Source: Candidatus Poribacteria bacterium | GTDB taxonomy: Bacteria > Poribacteria > WGA-4E > WGA-3G | Reading direction: 5' to 3' | Length of the DNA: 64,000 bases | Assembly: GCA_965214095.1 (NCBI GenBank) | Contig: OZ243938.1 | Location: 1,376,001 to 1,440,000, forward strand | In this document: in pieces, positions 1 through 9,589 of the stretch | Numbering within the stretch: position 1 is the first letter of the stretch | Layout: each line of letters starts with the position of its first letter | Notes under the pieces: generated by a model | What the model saw: only the letters and a program-made list of their open reading frames with translations | The model's database searches: none | What the model was told of the DNA's origin: nothing | Program-made: the position numbers and the translations under genes

Positions 1-1410
1 TTGAGTATCCTTTCAGAACATAACAGTGGTGATGTAATAACACGTGTCTCTGACGATGTGCGGATGTTGCAACAAGCTGTAGCAGCAACTGCTCAAATAA
101 TACGTGCAATGATTTATGTCACCGTCTTTGGAGTTGTTCTGTTCTATAATAACATACAAATGACGTTTTTTTCAATGTTAGTGCTTCCATTCGTAGCGTA
201 TTTTATTAGCAACATAGGAAAACGTGTCCGCAGGGCAAGCACAGAAATTCAGGAACGTAGTTCGGATATCAATTCACAACTCAATGAAACACTAACAGGG
301 ATCAATATTATAAAAAGTTTTACTGCAGAAAACAATGAGATAGATAGATTTCAATCATTTACATCTAGGCAATACAACTCTGCAATCCGTCGTGCACGAT
401 TTGCTTCACTTCTTCCACCTCTAATTGAATGGATGGCGGCTATAGGAACTGTAACTGTTTTGGGACTAGGATGCTGGTATGTTATAGATGGAAAACTGTC
501 TATAGGTGGATTTGCAAGTTATTTTGTTATAGTCGGATTGATGTTTAAACCGATAAAGACCATCGGAGGAGTAAATAATGTATTACAACAAAGTCTTGCT
601 TCTGCAGAACGTATTTTCCCATTACTTGAGTTAGAAAGCGAAGCAAAAAATGAAACTGGAGAACAGAAAGAAATATCTGATGTGCAGGGAACAGTGCAAT
701 TTCAAGATATATCATTTGCCTACCGTGAAAAACCTGTTATCAATCATGTTAGTTTTACTGCTAATCAAGGTGAAATAATTGCATTAGTCGGACCAAGTGG
801 AAGTGGAAAGACTACACTGTTGAACCTTCTACAGCGATTCTATACAGTTGATTCAGGAAGGATTCTTATTGATGATATTCCTATTGATGAAGTAACACTG
901 AATTCACTTCGGAAAAATATTGCATTAGTTCCACAAGATACCTTTCTTTTTGATGGTACAGTGCTTGAGAACATCCAGTACGGTTCTCCCAAATCAAACA
1001 GACAGCAAGTTATTGATGCTGCGAAACAAGCAAATGCACACGAATTTGTCACCAAATTACCCAATGGATACGATACTGAAATCGGGGAAGCAGGTGGAAC
1101 ACTCTCCGGTGGAGAACAACAACGAATAGCGATTGCTCGCGCAGTTTTAAAGAACGCGCCAATTCTCGTGTTGGATGAAGCAACATCTGCACTGGATACA
1201 CAATCTGAAACTATTATACAAGAATCGTTGACCAACTTAATGCAGGGGAGAACTTGTTTCATCATAGCACATCGCCTCTCAACCGTTATGCGAGCAGATA
1301 ACATATTAGTAATTAAAGACGGTGAAATCGTTGAAAATGGAAAGCATACAGATTTGTATGAAAAAGGTGGACTCTACCGAAATTTGTGTGAACAACAGAT
1401 GTTGCGGTAA
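1..1410 (+). CDS. MsbA-like ABC exporter (TMD+NBD), 5'-truncated by the window edge
   Basis: TM helices, then Walker A GPSGSGKTT, signature LSGGEQQR, Walker B ILVLDEATSALD and H-loop IAHRLST. Confidence 0.9.
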   Translation: MSILSEHNSGDVITRVSDDVRMLQQAVAATAQIIRAMIYVTVFGVVLFYNNIQMTFFSMLVLPFVAYFISNIGKRVRRASTEIQERSSDINSQLNETLTGINIIKSFTAENNEIDRFQSFTSRQYNSAIRRARFASLLPPLIEWMAAIGTVTVLGLGCWYVIDGKLSIGGFASYFVIVGLMFKPIKTIGGVNNVLQQSLASAERIFPLLELESEAKNETGEQKEISDVQGTVQFQDISFAYREKPVINHVSFTANQGEIIALVGPSGSGKTTLLNLLQRFYTVDSGRILIDDIPIDEVTLNSLRKNIALVPQDTFLFDGTVLENIQYGSPKSNRQQVIDAAKQANAHEFVTKLPNGYDTEIGEAGGTLSGGEQQRIAIARAVLKNAPILVLDEATSALDTQSETIIQESLTNLMQGRTCFIIAHRLSTVMRADNILVIKDGEIVENGKHTDLYEKGGLYRNLCEQQMLR

Positions 1411-1513
1411 TAGAAAAATATAATGGCAGAAATATGGACGAATTTACTATCTTCTCTCTTAAACTGAGACTCTATTTGTAACACATCAGTCACTAACAGA
1501 AAATTAACGAAAT

Positions 1514-1540
1514 TGTAAACCATTTCGGCTTAAATACGTC
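1514..1540 (+). promoter_or_regulatory. Putative ECF-sigma promoter TGTAAAC-N16-CGTC
   Basis: Same layout as 29379-29405; resembles the AAC-N16-CGT consensus of ECF promoters. Confidence 0.35.
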
Positions 1541-1701
1541 TCAATACTATGAAAGTCCGGTAAACATATCATCAACATTATGGTCAATAGAGATAGCCCC
1601 AACCGTTGTTGATTAGGGCTATTAGCAGACAATAATTGACACCAGTTTTGATGCCATCAAATATGAAAGTTCGTTTGAGTTATTACTATAGGAAATAGAA
1701 T

Positions 1702-2277
1702 TTAATTTCTACCTTGTTTAGTAATTGCACCTTCAAGGTCGGATTCGCGGTAAATCGCTTCGGACAAATCTACTTCATATAGATATGCACCTTTGAAATT
1801 GGCACCAAGTAGGACAATACCGTCTAATTTTATTTCGCCAAAAATTGCCTCTTCAAGGTTAGCATTTTCAAAAGTTGTTAGACTACCGAACGGAGCAGTA
1901 GGAACACACTGAGGACATCCAAGCGTAGCACGTCTTAAATCAGCACTACGGAAATTCGTGCCAGACAGTAGACTTCCACTGAGAAACGCACCAAAGAGAT
2001 TAGCGTTCTCCAGAGTCGCATCTGTCAGATTTGCCCCAACCAAGTAGGTACGTAATAGGGTTGCCTCCGATAAGTCCGCGCCCGTGAGATTTGCATCATT
2101 AAGATTAGCATCCGTTAAATCAGCGTTTTTCAGATTGGCACCACTCAAATTTGCTGATGAGAAATCAGCACCGACAAGTGATTGGTCTGATAAATCAATA
2201 TCTGACAAGTTTTCATTTGACAAGGATTCGCCTGCTAATAAACGTTGAACTACATTATTTTGATTATTTTCTTGCAT
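1702..2277 (-). CDS. Pentapeptide repeat protein with a CPQC insertion
   Basis: Tandem A(D/N)L(S/T)x repeats; ATG at 2277 follows a GGAGG RBS. Confidence 0.9.
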   Translation of the reverse strand: MQENNQNNVVQRLLAGESLSNENLSDIDLSDQSLVGADFSSANLSGANLKNADLTDANLNDANLTGADLSEATLLRTYLVGANLTDATLENANLFGAFLSGSLLSGTNFRSADLRRATLGCPQCVPTAPFGSLTTFENANLEEAIFGEIKLDGIVLLGANFKGAYLYEVDLSEAIYRESDLEGAITKQGRN

Positions 2278-2536
2278 AAATTTGCCTCCATTTAACTTGA
2301 TTTTTATTACATCAAACAAAATTGATTAGAATGATGGATACAGATGAAAACTCCTGTATCTGATAGGAATATTAGACGTTTGTAAACATTAATTTCATAA
2401 GTAAGTGCTGAATTGCAGAAAATGTGATAGCAATTTCATATAGTTATCGCGTGGGAATATCTGCAACTTAGATGTGTATATTGGTGTATATGCAATATAC
2501 GAAAAATACAAATTGCATGGACCTGAGGAAAACATA

Positions 2537-4213
2537 ATGAAAGACTTTTACACCGCAGAATCCACTGATTTAGATCTGATCCCTGCTGATGAGAAAAAAG
2601 ATGAATATAGTGCTCCTTCAAAGGATGAAACCTTCGCATATTTACAGACAATCGCAAAAACGCCATTGTTGGAAGCGCATCAGGAGAAAGCACATTTTGA
2701 GAAATACCAAGAGGGAATACAGAATTTTAACACATCCTTCAAAAGATTACCTCATTGGATAATCAAATCATTAGATATTCCTGCAAAAAATCGAAATGTA
2801 ACTGAACTAAAACTAAAACCAGTTCAGACAGACCACGGACTAATAATCAAACAGATTGCATCACATGTCCAATCTATTGAAGACATCTTTTCCAAACTTG
2901 AACGAAAAAGGAAAAAGTTAGACAATTTAAAGTCAAAGATTCTAATGGGTAATTTACACCTACTTAGAAAATATGTAAACAATAAAGATATTTCTACCTC
3001 AGAATTCGCAGAAATAATACAAGCAGGTTACCTCGGTATTATTAAGGCTATTGAAAGTTGGATGCCTATGCGTGAACAAAAGTTCAGAACTTTTGCGCGA
3101 GGAATCATTCGTGCCAATATTGATGCTATACAGAAACATAGTAGCAAAAATGGGACACTAATTGCTGAACAAGATACTAGACCGACATCACAAACTTTGG
3201 AATATTCCACAATCGTTGAAGCGATACCACTTTCTGTGGAAGAGGAAACAACTCTACTTGAAACTTTTTCCATGACACAATATGAAATTGCTCAGCTATT
3301 AAACAAATTACCGCTAGAATTCTTGCAGGAAATTACATACAATAACGATGAATCTTCCACTGAGGTAGAATTGCGTGTAAGCACCTTAAATCCACTATTA
3401 GAAACTTTCAGAACTGACTTGGCACATCTGAAAACTTTGCTATCAAAACTTACAGAAGCCGATAAACTTGCACACGGTACAAAGATGAAAATAGTTGAAG
3501 CAAACCTACGTTTAGTAGCAAGCATTGCCAAACAACACCATTTCAGTAAGACTACGTTGACCTTCCTTGATCTTATGCAGGAAGGAAGCATTGGACTTAT
3601 GAAAGCAGTTGAAAAATTCGACCACACGCTCCGTTATCGCTTCAGCACCTATGCCACTTGGTGGGTAATGCAGTCAATCAAACGGGCATTAGACCAACAA
3701 GGACAGATCATACGTGTACCATGCTATATCGGTGAAACTCGTAGATTGATCAAACAAGTGCAATCTCACTTGACTATAAAACTTGGGAGAGAACCTACGA
3801 CTAAAGAGATCGCACAAGAAGTCAAACTTACAGAAAAAAAGGTTGATGAAATTTTACAAGCAACGAAAGATCCGATTTCTTTAGACGCTCCGATCAGCGA
3901 TGCTTCACCAGAAGTGCCAATTCGAGACATAATACCAGATAATTCCCAAATTACACCAGAAACGGAATTGGTCAATTACTCAAAAATTGAGGTATTAGAA
4001 GAAGTCCTCAACAGAACATTGAACCCACGAGAGACACATGTCATTGTACTCCGTTATGGATTAATCGACGGCACAGAATATACACTCGCAGACATCGGAA
4101 CAAAACTTGAAATCAGTCGTGAACGCGTACGGCAAATCGAAGTTGAGGCACTCAATAAACTCAGACGGAATGAACCGAAAGAGTTATTGATGGAGTTGTT
4201 CCAAAAAGATTAG
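2537..4213 (+). CDS. RpoD/SigA-family sigma-70 factor with a duplicated region 1.2/2
   Basis: EANLRLVASIAK, DLMQEGSIGLMKAVEKFD, RFSTYATWW, region 3 ISLDAP, region 4 SRERVRQIE; ATG 2537 follows GAGG. Confidence 0.9.
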   Translation: MKDFYTAESTDLDLIPADEKKDEYSAPSKDETFAYLQTIAKTPLLEAHQEKAHFEKYQEGIQNFNTSFKRLPHWIIKSLDIPAKNRNVTELKLKPVQTDHGLIIKQIASHVQSIEDIFSKLERKRKKLDNLKSKILMGNLHLLRKYVNNKDISTSEFAEIIQAGYLGIIKAIESWMPMREQKFRTFARGIIRANIDAIQKHSSKNGTLIAEQDTRPTSQTLEYSTIVEAIPLSVEEETTLLETFSMTQYEIAQLLNKLPLEFLQEITYNNDESSTEVELRVSTLNPLLETFRTDLAHLKTLLSKLTEADKLAHGTKMKIVEANLRLVASIAKQHHFSKTTLTFLDLMQEGSIGLMKAVEKFDHTLRYRFSTYATWWVMQSIKRALDQQGQIIRVPCYIGETRRLIKQVQSHLTIKLGREPTTKEIAQEVKLTEKKVDEILQATKDPISLDAPISDASPEVPIRDIIPDNSQITPETELVNYSKIEVLEEVLNRTLNPRETHVIVLRYGLIDGTEYTLADIGTKLEISRERVRQIEVEALNKLRRNEPKELLMELFQKD

Positions 4214-4271
4214 TTTTTCTATTCCATCCTGAGGGGAATAAATACTCTCTCATTTACATCACATAGATGGG

Positions 4272-4298
4272 TTGCAGAACTGTTTATCGGTTCTGCAA
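4272..4298 (+). terminator. Hairpin after the sigma gene (possible terminator)
   Basis: TTGCAGAAC...GTTCTGCAA inverted repeat; no clear U-tract. Confidence 0.4.
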
Positions 4299-4350
4299 AC
4301 TCCATTATCAATGTGATTTCAATCCTATCAATCCATTAAGGTAATCCCAT

Positions 4351-5631
4351 TTGAAAATAGTATATTTTGATTGCTTCTCAGGTATTAGTGGTGACATGGT
4401 TCTCGGTGCTGTCGTTGATGCTGGTGTTGACCCAGAGGAATTGACAACCGAACTGTCAAAACTCAATATAGATGGTGAATTTCGTCTCAGTTTTGAGAAA
4501 TCAACAAAACACGGTATTACAGGTACAAAAGCACTTGTTGATACTTATGACGATACGCATAAAGACAACCATAATCACCATCATCAACATACGCACGGTC
4601 CCAGTAGACACCTATCTGACATATTTGAACTTATAGATGCAAGTCAACTTCAACCTAATATATGTCAGTCTGTCAAACAGATATTTGACAGACTTGCTGA
4701 AGCGGAAGCAAAAGTTCATAACAGAGAAAAGTCTAAGGTGCACTTACACGAAGTCAGTGGTATTGATTCAATCGTTGACATCGTTGGTAGCGTAATAGGA
4801 TTAGACCTACTTGGTATAGAACAGATTTATGCTTCTCCACTTTCCCTTGGTCGTGGTTTTGTCCGTTGTGCACATGGTATGATGCCTGTGCCAGTTCCTG
4901 GAACAATGGAATTATTGCAAGGTATTCCCATCCGACAAACCGATATTCCAAAAGAATTAGTTACGCCAACAGGTGCCGCTATCATCACGACCATGGCTGA
5001 AGATTTTGGCGTAATGCCAAATATGACCATTGAAACAATTGGTTACGGTGCAGGTACAAGAGATTTAGAATCTCAACCTAACCTTCTACGAATCTGTATT
5101 GGTAAGAAAAATCCCTCAAGCAGCACTTCAAATAAAAATGTAACTATATCAACTAACTCTGAAAAACACAATCCGGGTAATAATGATATTATTCTAAGCT
5201 CTAATGACAACATAGAAGTCATTGAAACAAATGTAGACGACATGACACCAGAAATATACGGATATGTCATGGACAAACTATTTGAAAACGGTGCTTTAGA
5301 TGTATTCTTTACCCCAATTCTTATGAAAAAAGGAAGACCAGCAATACAAATTAGTGTTCTCAGCCCTTCAAATTTGCGGGATATGTTGATAAGAGTACTA
5401 TTGACTGAAACAACTACTTTTGGTGTTCGTATCTATAATGCAGACCGTGTTATACTTGATCGTGATTATATTGAAGTTGATACTGAATGGGGACCTGTTA
5501 AAGCAAAACGTGGATATTTAAACGGTCTCTTGATAAAGACTGTTCCTGAATATGAAGATTGTAAAACTATTGCGGAAGAAAATGGTGTGCCACTCCAGTC
5601 TGTATATCAAGCAGCATACAAAAAAATATAA
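4351..5631 (+). CDS. larC: Nickel-pincer cofactor biosynthesis protein LarC
   Basis: YFDCFSGISGDM, His-rich loop, HEVSGIDSIVDI, ELVTPTGAA, ETNVDD, MKKGRP, PEYEDC. Confidence 0.93.
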   Translation: MKIVYFDCFSGISGDMVLGAVVDAGVDPEELTTELSKLNIDGEFRLSFEKSTKHGITGTKALVDTYDDTHKDNHNHHHQHTHGPSRHLSDIFELIDASQLQPNICQSVKQIFDRLAEAEAKVHNREKSKVHLHEVSGIDSIVDIVGSVIGLDLLGIEQIYASPLSLGRGFVRCAHGMMPVPVPGTMELLQGIPIRQTDIPKELVTPTGAAIITTMAEDFGVMPNMTIETIGYGAGTRDLESQPNLLRICIGKKNPSSSTSNKNVTISTNSEKHNPGNNDIILSSNDNIEVIETNVDDMTPEIYGYVMDKLFENGALDVFFTPILMKKGRPAIQISVLSPSNLRDMLIRVLLTETTTFGVRIYNADRVILDRDYIEVDTEWGPVKAKRGYLNGLLIKTVPEYEDCKTIAEENGVPLQSVYQAAYKKI

Positions 5632-5683
5632 TATCAATCAAAGAAAAGACCCGCACTACAGAGAAATACGCTAAAGTATCATA

Positions 5684-7435
5684 TTATGGATTGCACCTAT
5701 CGCATTTGTCGCAGCGGTAACCTTCTGACACCTCCTCGCCGAAATAATGCTGAATGACTTTCATTCTACATCCTTCTGATACGGCGTAATGAACCATTCT
5801 ATCAATTCTGTTACGTTTGACTTTGTAGTAATCACCAAGTCCCATTTGCTCTTCAGAGAGAGAAGAAAAAAGTTCACTATCTTGTAACAGTTCAATCAGC
5901 ATCAGATCGTCCTTACCCCAATACTGAAGGTGTCCTTCATTCTGTAACTCAGCAAGCTGCTCCATCATGAATCGAGGGCTCAGTTCAAGGTCTTGACAAA
6001 AACTCAATATATCAGTTACTCGTTTTTCCTTCAGATGCGCGTATAGTTCTGACTGTACCGGTTTCTCGTTATTTGGCTTTGTTCTAAAACTTACTGAGAT
6101 CTTAGACGGCACGTTATGCCATCTCTTTAGGAAACCTAATTTTTCCAAATAGGACAATGCTACCTGTATTTTAGAAACTTTAAACCCAACTCTCAACTCT
6201 AATTCTTCCATTGCCATTAGTCTAAAATTACCTGAACCTTTAAGATATTCAAGTACTTCAAGTAGGTTCTGGAGTGAGACTTTGTCGGGTGCACTTTCTT
6301 TGATGAACCATTCATGTAAATCTCGGTCATCTGGGTAATAGAATAAGATGCAATCGGACAATATCTCATCCCTACCTGCACGTCCAATTTCTTGGCAATA
6401 TTCCTCCAGTGTACCGGTCATTGTCCAGTGTATAATATAACGAATATTGGGTTTATCTATCCCCATTCCAAAAGCATTTGTAGCAACAACGATTTCTAAT
6501 CCATTGTCACTGTCGTCAAAAAATGCTTCTTGTATCTGTTTACGTTCATGCAACTCTCTTCCTGCATGATAATAATCTGCCTGATAGCCTTTTTTTTGAA
6601 GAAATTCAGCGATCTCTTCTGTTTCGTTCCTTCGTCCTGCATAGATTATCCCATTACCTGTGAGCTCACGCATACTATCTTCAAGTAAATCATATTTCTG
6701 ATCTTTCTGATTACTTTCAAGCACTTTCAATCTGAGATTAGGACGTTCAATACCTTCAACAAGAACTTTTGGTTCGGGGATATTCAATATTTTTAATATA
6801 TCATCCCTAATGTCTGGTGGAGCCGTTGCAGTAAAGAGTGCTACAACCTTAGGATATACCAACTCAATTGCATCACAAATTGATAAGTATGCAGGACGAA
6901 AATCGCGACCCCATTGTGAGATACAATGGGCCTCATCTATAACGAAAAGAGAAATCAGAATTGAGCTAAGTAAATCCAAAAACCGGCGACTTCGTAGTCG
7001 TTCTGGTGAAATATAGAGAAGTTTGACCTTCCCCTGTTTCAACTTATTAATTTCGTGACGATAATCTTCCCAGGCCAATGTACTATTTATGAGTGATACT
7101 GATTCTAATCCTCTTGCCTTTAATGCATCAACTTGATCCTTCATCAACGATATTAGTGGTGAAACAACAACCGTTGTACCGGGTAACATTAAGGCAGGCA
7201 ATTGATAACATAACGATTTGCCGTGTCCTGTCGGAAATACCGCAAATACATTTTCACCATTAAGTATTGATTCTATGATTTCTTGTTGTCCATGCCGGAA
7301 AGTGCTATAACCGAAATGTTCAAACAATGCATTTTCTATTTCGTTATCTTCTGAAGTAGGTGCGATTGTATCTAAATCATCTGTTGAACTAAGGAATGAG
7401 TCTACCTGTTTGAGTAAATCCTGTAAATTTCCCAT
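5684..7435 (-). CDS. recQ: RecQ-family ATP-dependent DNA helicase
   Basis: PTGHGKSLCYQLP, DEAHCISQWG, ATNAFGMGIDK, QEIGRAGRD, C-terminal Zn Cys cluster. Confidence 0.9.
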   Translation of the reverse strand: MGNLQDLLKQVDSFLSSTDDLDTIAPTSEDNEIENALFEHFGYSTFRHGQQEIIESILNGENVFAVFPTGHGKSLCYQLPALMLPGTTVVVSPLISLMKDQVDALKARGLESVSLINSTLAWEDYRHEINKLKQGKVKLLYISPERLRSRRFLDLLSSILISLFVIDEAHCISQWGRDFRPAYLSICDAIELVYPKVVALFTATAPPDIRDDILKILNIPEPKVLVEGIERPNLRLKVLESNQKDQKYDLLEDSMRELTGNGIIYAGRRNETEEIAEFLQKKGYQADYYHAGRELHERKQIQEAFFDDSDNGLEIVVATNAFGMGIDKPNIRYIIHWTMTGTLEEYCQEIGRAGRDEILSDCILFYYPDDRDLHEWFIKESAPDKVSLQNLLEVLEYLKGSGNFRLMAMEELELRVGFKVSKIQVALSYLEKLGFLKRWHNVPSKISVSFRTKPNNEKPVQSELYAHLKEKRVTDILSFCQDLELSPRFMMEQLAELQNEGHLQYWGKDDLMLIELLQDSELFSSLSEEQMGLGDYYKVKRNRIDRMVHYAVSEGCRMKVIQHYFGEEVSEGYRCDKCDRCNP

Positions 7436-7477
7436 TAATTATTGACCTACATCAGCAACTAAGTAATTGCTATGATA

Positions 7478-8176
7478 CTAAGAGAAGAAACGGAAACGGA
7501 TAATGTGAAATATGGCTGCAACACCATCCTTCCAACTTACAGTTTTTCCCTCATGATAGTCTCTTCCACGATAACTGATGGGAACATCTACGATCTTACA
7601 TTTTCGTTTCGCAAGTTTTGCAGTTATTTCAGGTTCAAAACCGAATCTATCAGAACGAAGAGTCATATCTTTCAAGATGTCTGTCTTTATTACCTTATAA
7701 CATGTTTCCATATCAGTAATGTTTGTGCCATTCACGAAGTTAGATAAAGATGTAAGGAAGCGGTTAGCGAGATAACTTCGCAGCAGTCCATGTTGCCGTC
7801 CTTCCATAAACCGTGAACCGTATACCACACTCGCTTTGTCTTCAAGAATGGGTTGTAGTAATTTAGGGTAGTCCTGCGGGTCATATTCTAAATCTGCATC
7901 TTGGATAAGTGTGATGTCCCCTGTAACATGTTCAAACCCGGTTCTCAGGGTTGCTCCTTTACCACGGTTGATCTCATGATAGAATATTTTCGCTGAATTG
8001 CTTTCTGAATTTTGGAGTTTTTCTAATATTTCACGTGTGCCATCTGTTGAACAATCATCAACAAGAATGAGCTCCTTCTCCATGCCGATATCAACAGCTT
8101 CAATTTGATTTAGGATTTCTTCTAAATGCTCAGCTTCGTTGTATATCGGAATTACAATGGATAGTTTATTTGCCAT
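7478..8176 (-). CDS. GT2 family glycosyltransferase (polyprenol-phosphate glycosyltransferase-like)
   Basis: SIVIPIYNE, VDDCSTDGT, IQDADLEYDP, DMETCYK, FGFEPEIT. Confidence 0.9.
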   Translation of the reverse strand: MANKLSIVIPIYNEAEHLEEILNQIEAVDIGMEKELILVDDCSTDGTREILEKLQNSESNSAKIFYHEINRGKGATLRTGFEHVTGDITLIQDADLEYDPQDYPKLLQPILEDKASVVYGSRFMEGRQHGLLRSYLANRFLTSLSNFVNGTNITDMETCYKVIKTDILKDMTLRSDRFGFEPEITAKLAKRKCKIVDVPISYRGRDYHEGKTVSWKDGVAAIFHIIRFRFFS

Positions 8177-8335
8177 CCACATTCCTCCAGTCTATCATAG
8201 ATACAAATATATTCTTCTTTCTCAGAATTTGGAAAGATACAACCATCTATAAACAGCATACCTTATTCTAAAATATTATGCAAGTTTTTTTGAATTGATG
8301 TGGGTGTATAAGCGTTGTGTACAAATATAACATCC

Positions 8336-9553
8336 TTACCCTTGACCTATTTGATGTCTTACATTCTCGTAGAGTAATATGCCAACTGCTACACCAACAT
8401 TAAGTGATGACTGTCCTATAGCCATTGGAATTTGCACTAATTCTGTGCATCGTTCTCGTGTTCCATCTGTCAAACCACTATTTTCATTACCAACAACAAT
8501 CGCAGTATGTGGTATAAATTCAACGTTGTAGATATCAGCATCTCCGGTTGCAGTTGCCCCGATAACTTGCCATCCAGCCTCTTTGAGATGTTCAATTGCC
8601 ATAATAGTATCTGAAGCGTGGAATATCGGTAAACGACCAACAGCACCCCGTGAAGCACGGATAGTATTTTTGTGTAGTGGACTCGCACCTTCCCCGCAAA
8701 GTAAGACCCCTGATATTCCAGCTGCATCAGCTGTGCGAAATATCATACCAAGATTATCGGGGTTACTAACATCTTCTGTAATAAGTAGATTGCAGTCTTT
8801 GCCATAATGAAAATTGAGTCCGCCAGATTCAGTCAAGAAATGCGGATAGTTGAAGTGAATTGACGCAATTATCGCAGGCACAGGTCTCGTTGTAGAGATA
8901 GAACCCATTAAACCATCATTGACAAGATAACATGAGATATTGTCCCGAATTGCTTTTTCTAAGAATCTCTTACCTTTACTATTAGACACATATTTTGTAG
9001 TATACAGAATCGCATCTATCGGTTGACCGTCGGCAAATGCACGTTCCACTAACAATTCACTTTCAGCAAGAAATAGAGAATGTTCAATTTTCCCTTTTAA
9101 TGAAGCTATTTTTCGGATATGTGTTGCAACATCATCTTTTCTTTTGGTGATGGTACGCTGTTCTGACTCTAAATGACTACCTTTTTTTACACCACGAAAA
9201 TATCGTTCGGATTCGATCTGGATAGATTCTCCTTCAAATAAATCGCGTATTCTCTTCTCAATCCATTTGTCCGTGATGTTGAACATTCCAACAGACTGTC
9301 TTGGATATGCAAGTAGTAGTTCTCTTAAACTTCGCTCATTGGTAGCAATCGGATATACCAAATAGTCGGCATTGAACGACTTATCTGGTTTAGAAAGCAT
9401 TACACCATCTAGTCTATGCCAACCTGCTTGATAAAACTTATACTCATGATGCAATTCTCCTGTGTTTGTATATGCCTGTTTGTATAACTCTATAACATCA
9501 GCAGAAGCATTTACACTTTCCAGGAATAAAATTAATTTCTCAAATTCAACCAC
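8336..9553 (-). CDS. TrmH/SpoU-family RNA methyltransferase with a long N-terminal extension
   Basis: NPDNLGMIFRTADAAG, VGNENSG and SLNVGVA SPOUT motifs. Confidence 0.85.
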   Translation of the reverse strand: MVEFEKLILFLESVNASADVIELYKQAYTNTGELHHEYKFYQAGWHRLDGVMLSKPDKSFNADYLVYPIATNERSLRELLLAYPRQSVGMFNITDKWIEKRIRDLFEGESIQIESERYFRGVKKGSHLESEQRTITKRKDDVATHIRKIASLKGKIEHSLFLAESELLVERAFADGQPIDAILYTTKYVSNSKGKRFLEKAIRDNISCYLVNDGLMGSISTTRPVPAIIASIHFNYPHFLTESGGLNFHYGKDCNLLITEDVSNPDNLGMIFRTADAAGISGVLLCGEGASPLHKNTIRASRGAVGRLPIFHASDTIMAIEHLKEAGWQVIGATATGDADIYNVEFIPHTAIVVGNENSGLTDGTRERCTELVQIPMAIGQSSLNVGVAVGILLYENVRHQIGQG

Positions 9554-9589
9554 TTATCCATTAAGTCAGGCATTTATAATGAGCCGTTC

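Noticed and set aside
1700-2250. Short periodic repeats as a CRISPR or tandem DNA array
   Set aside because: Explained by pentapeptide-repeat coding; no identical repeats with spacers
5095-5215. LarC programmed frameshift at the LarC1/LarC2 junction
   Set aside because: The ORF is continuous through GGT AAG AAA AAT; only a low-complexity Ser/Asn linker is present
5684-6300. RecQ with its Zn-binding motif displaced to the C-terminus and no HRDC
   Set aside because: Resembles known short RecQ paralogue architectures
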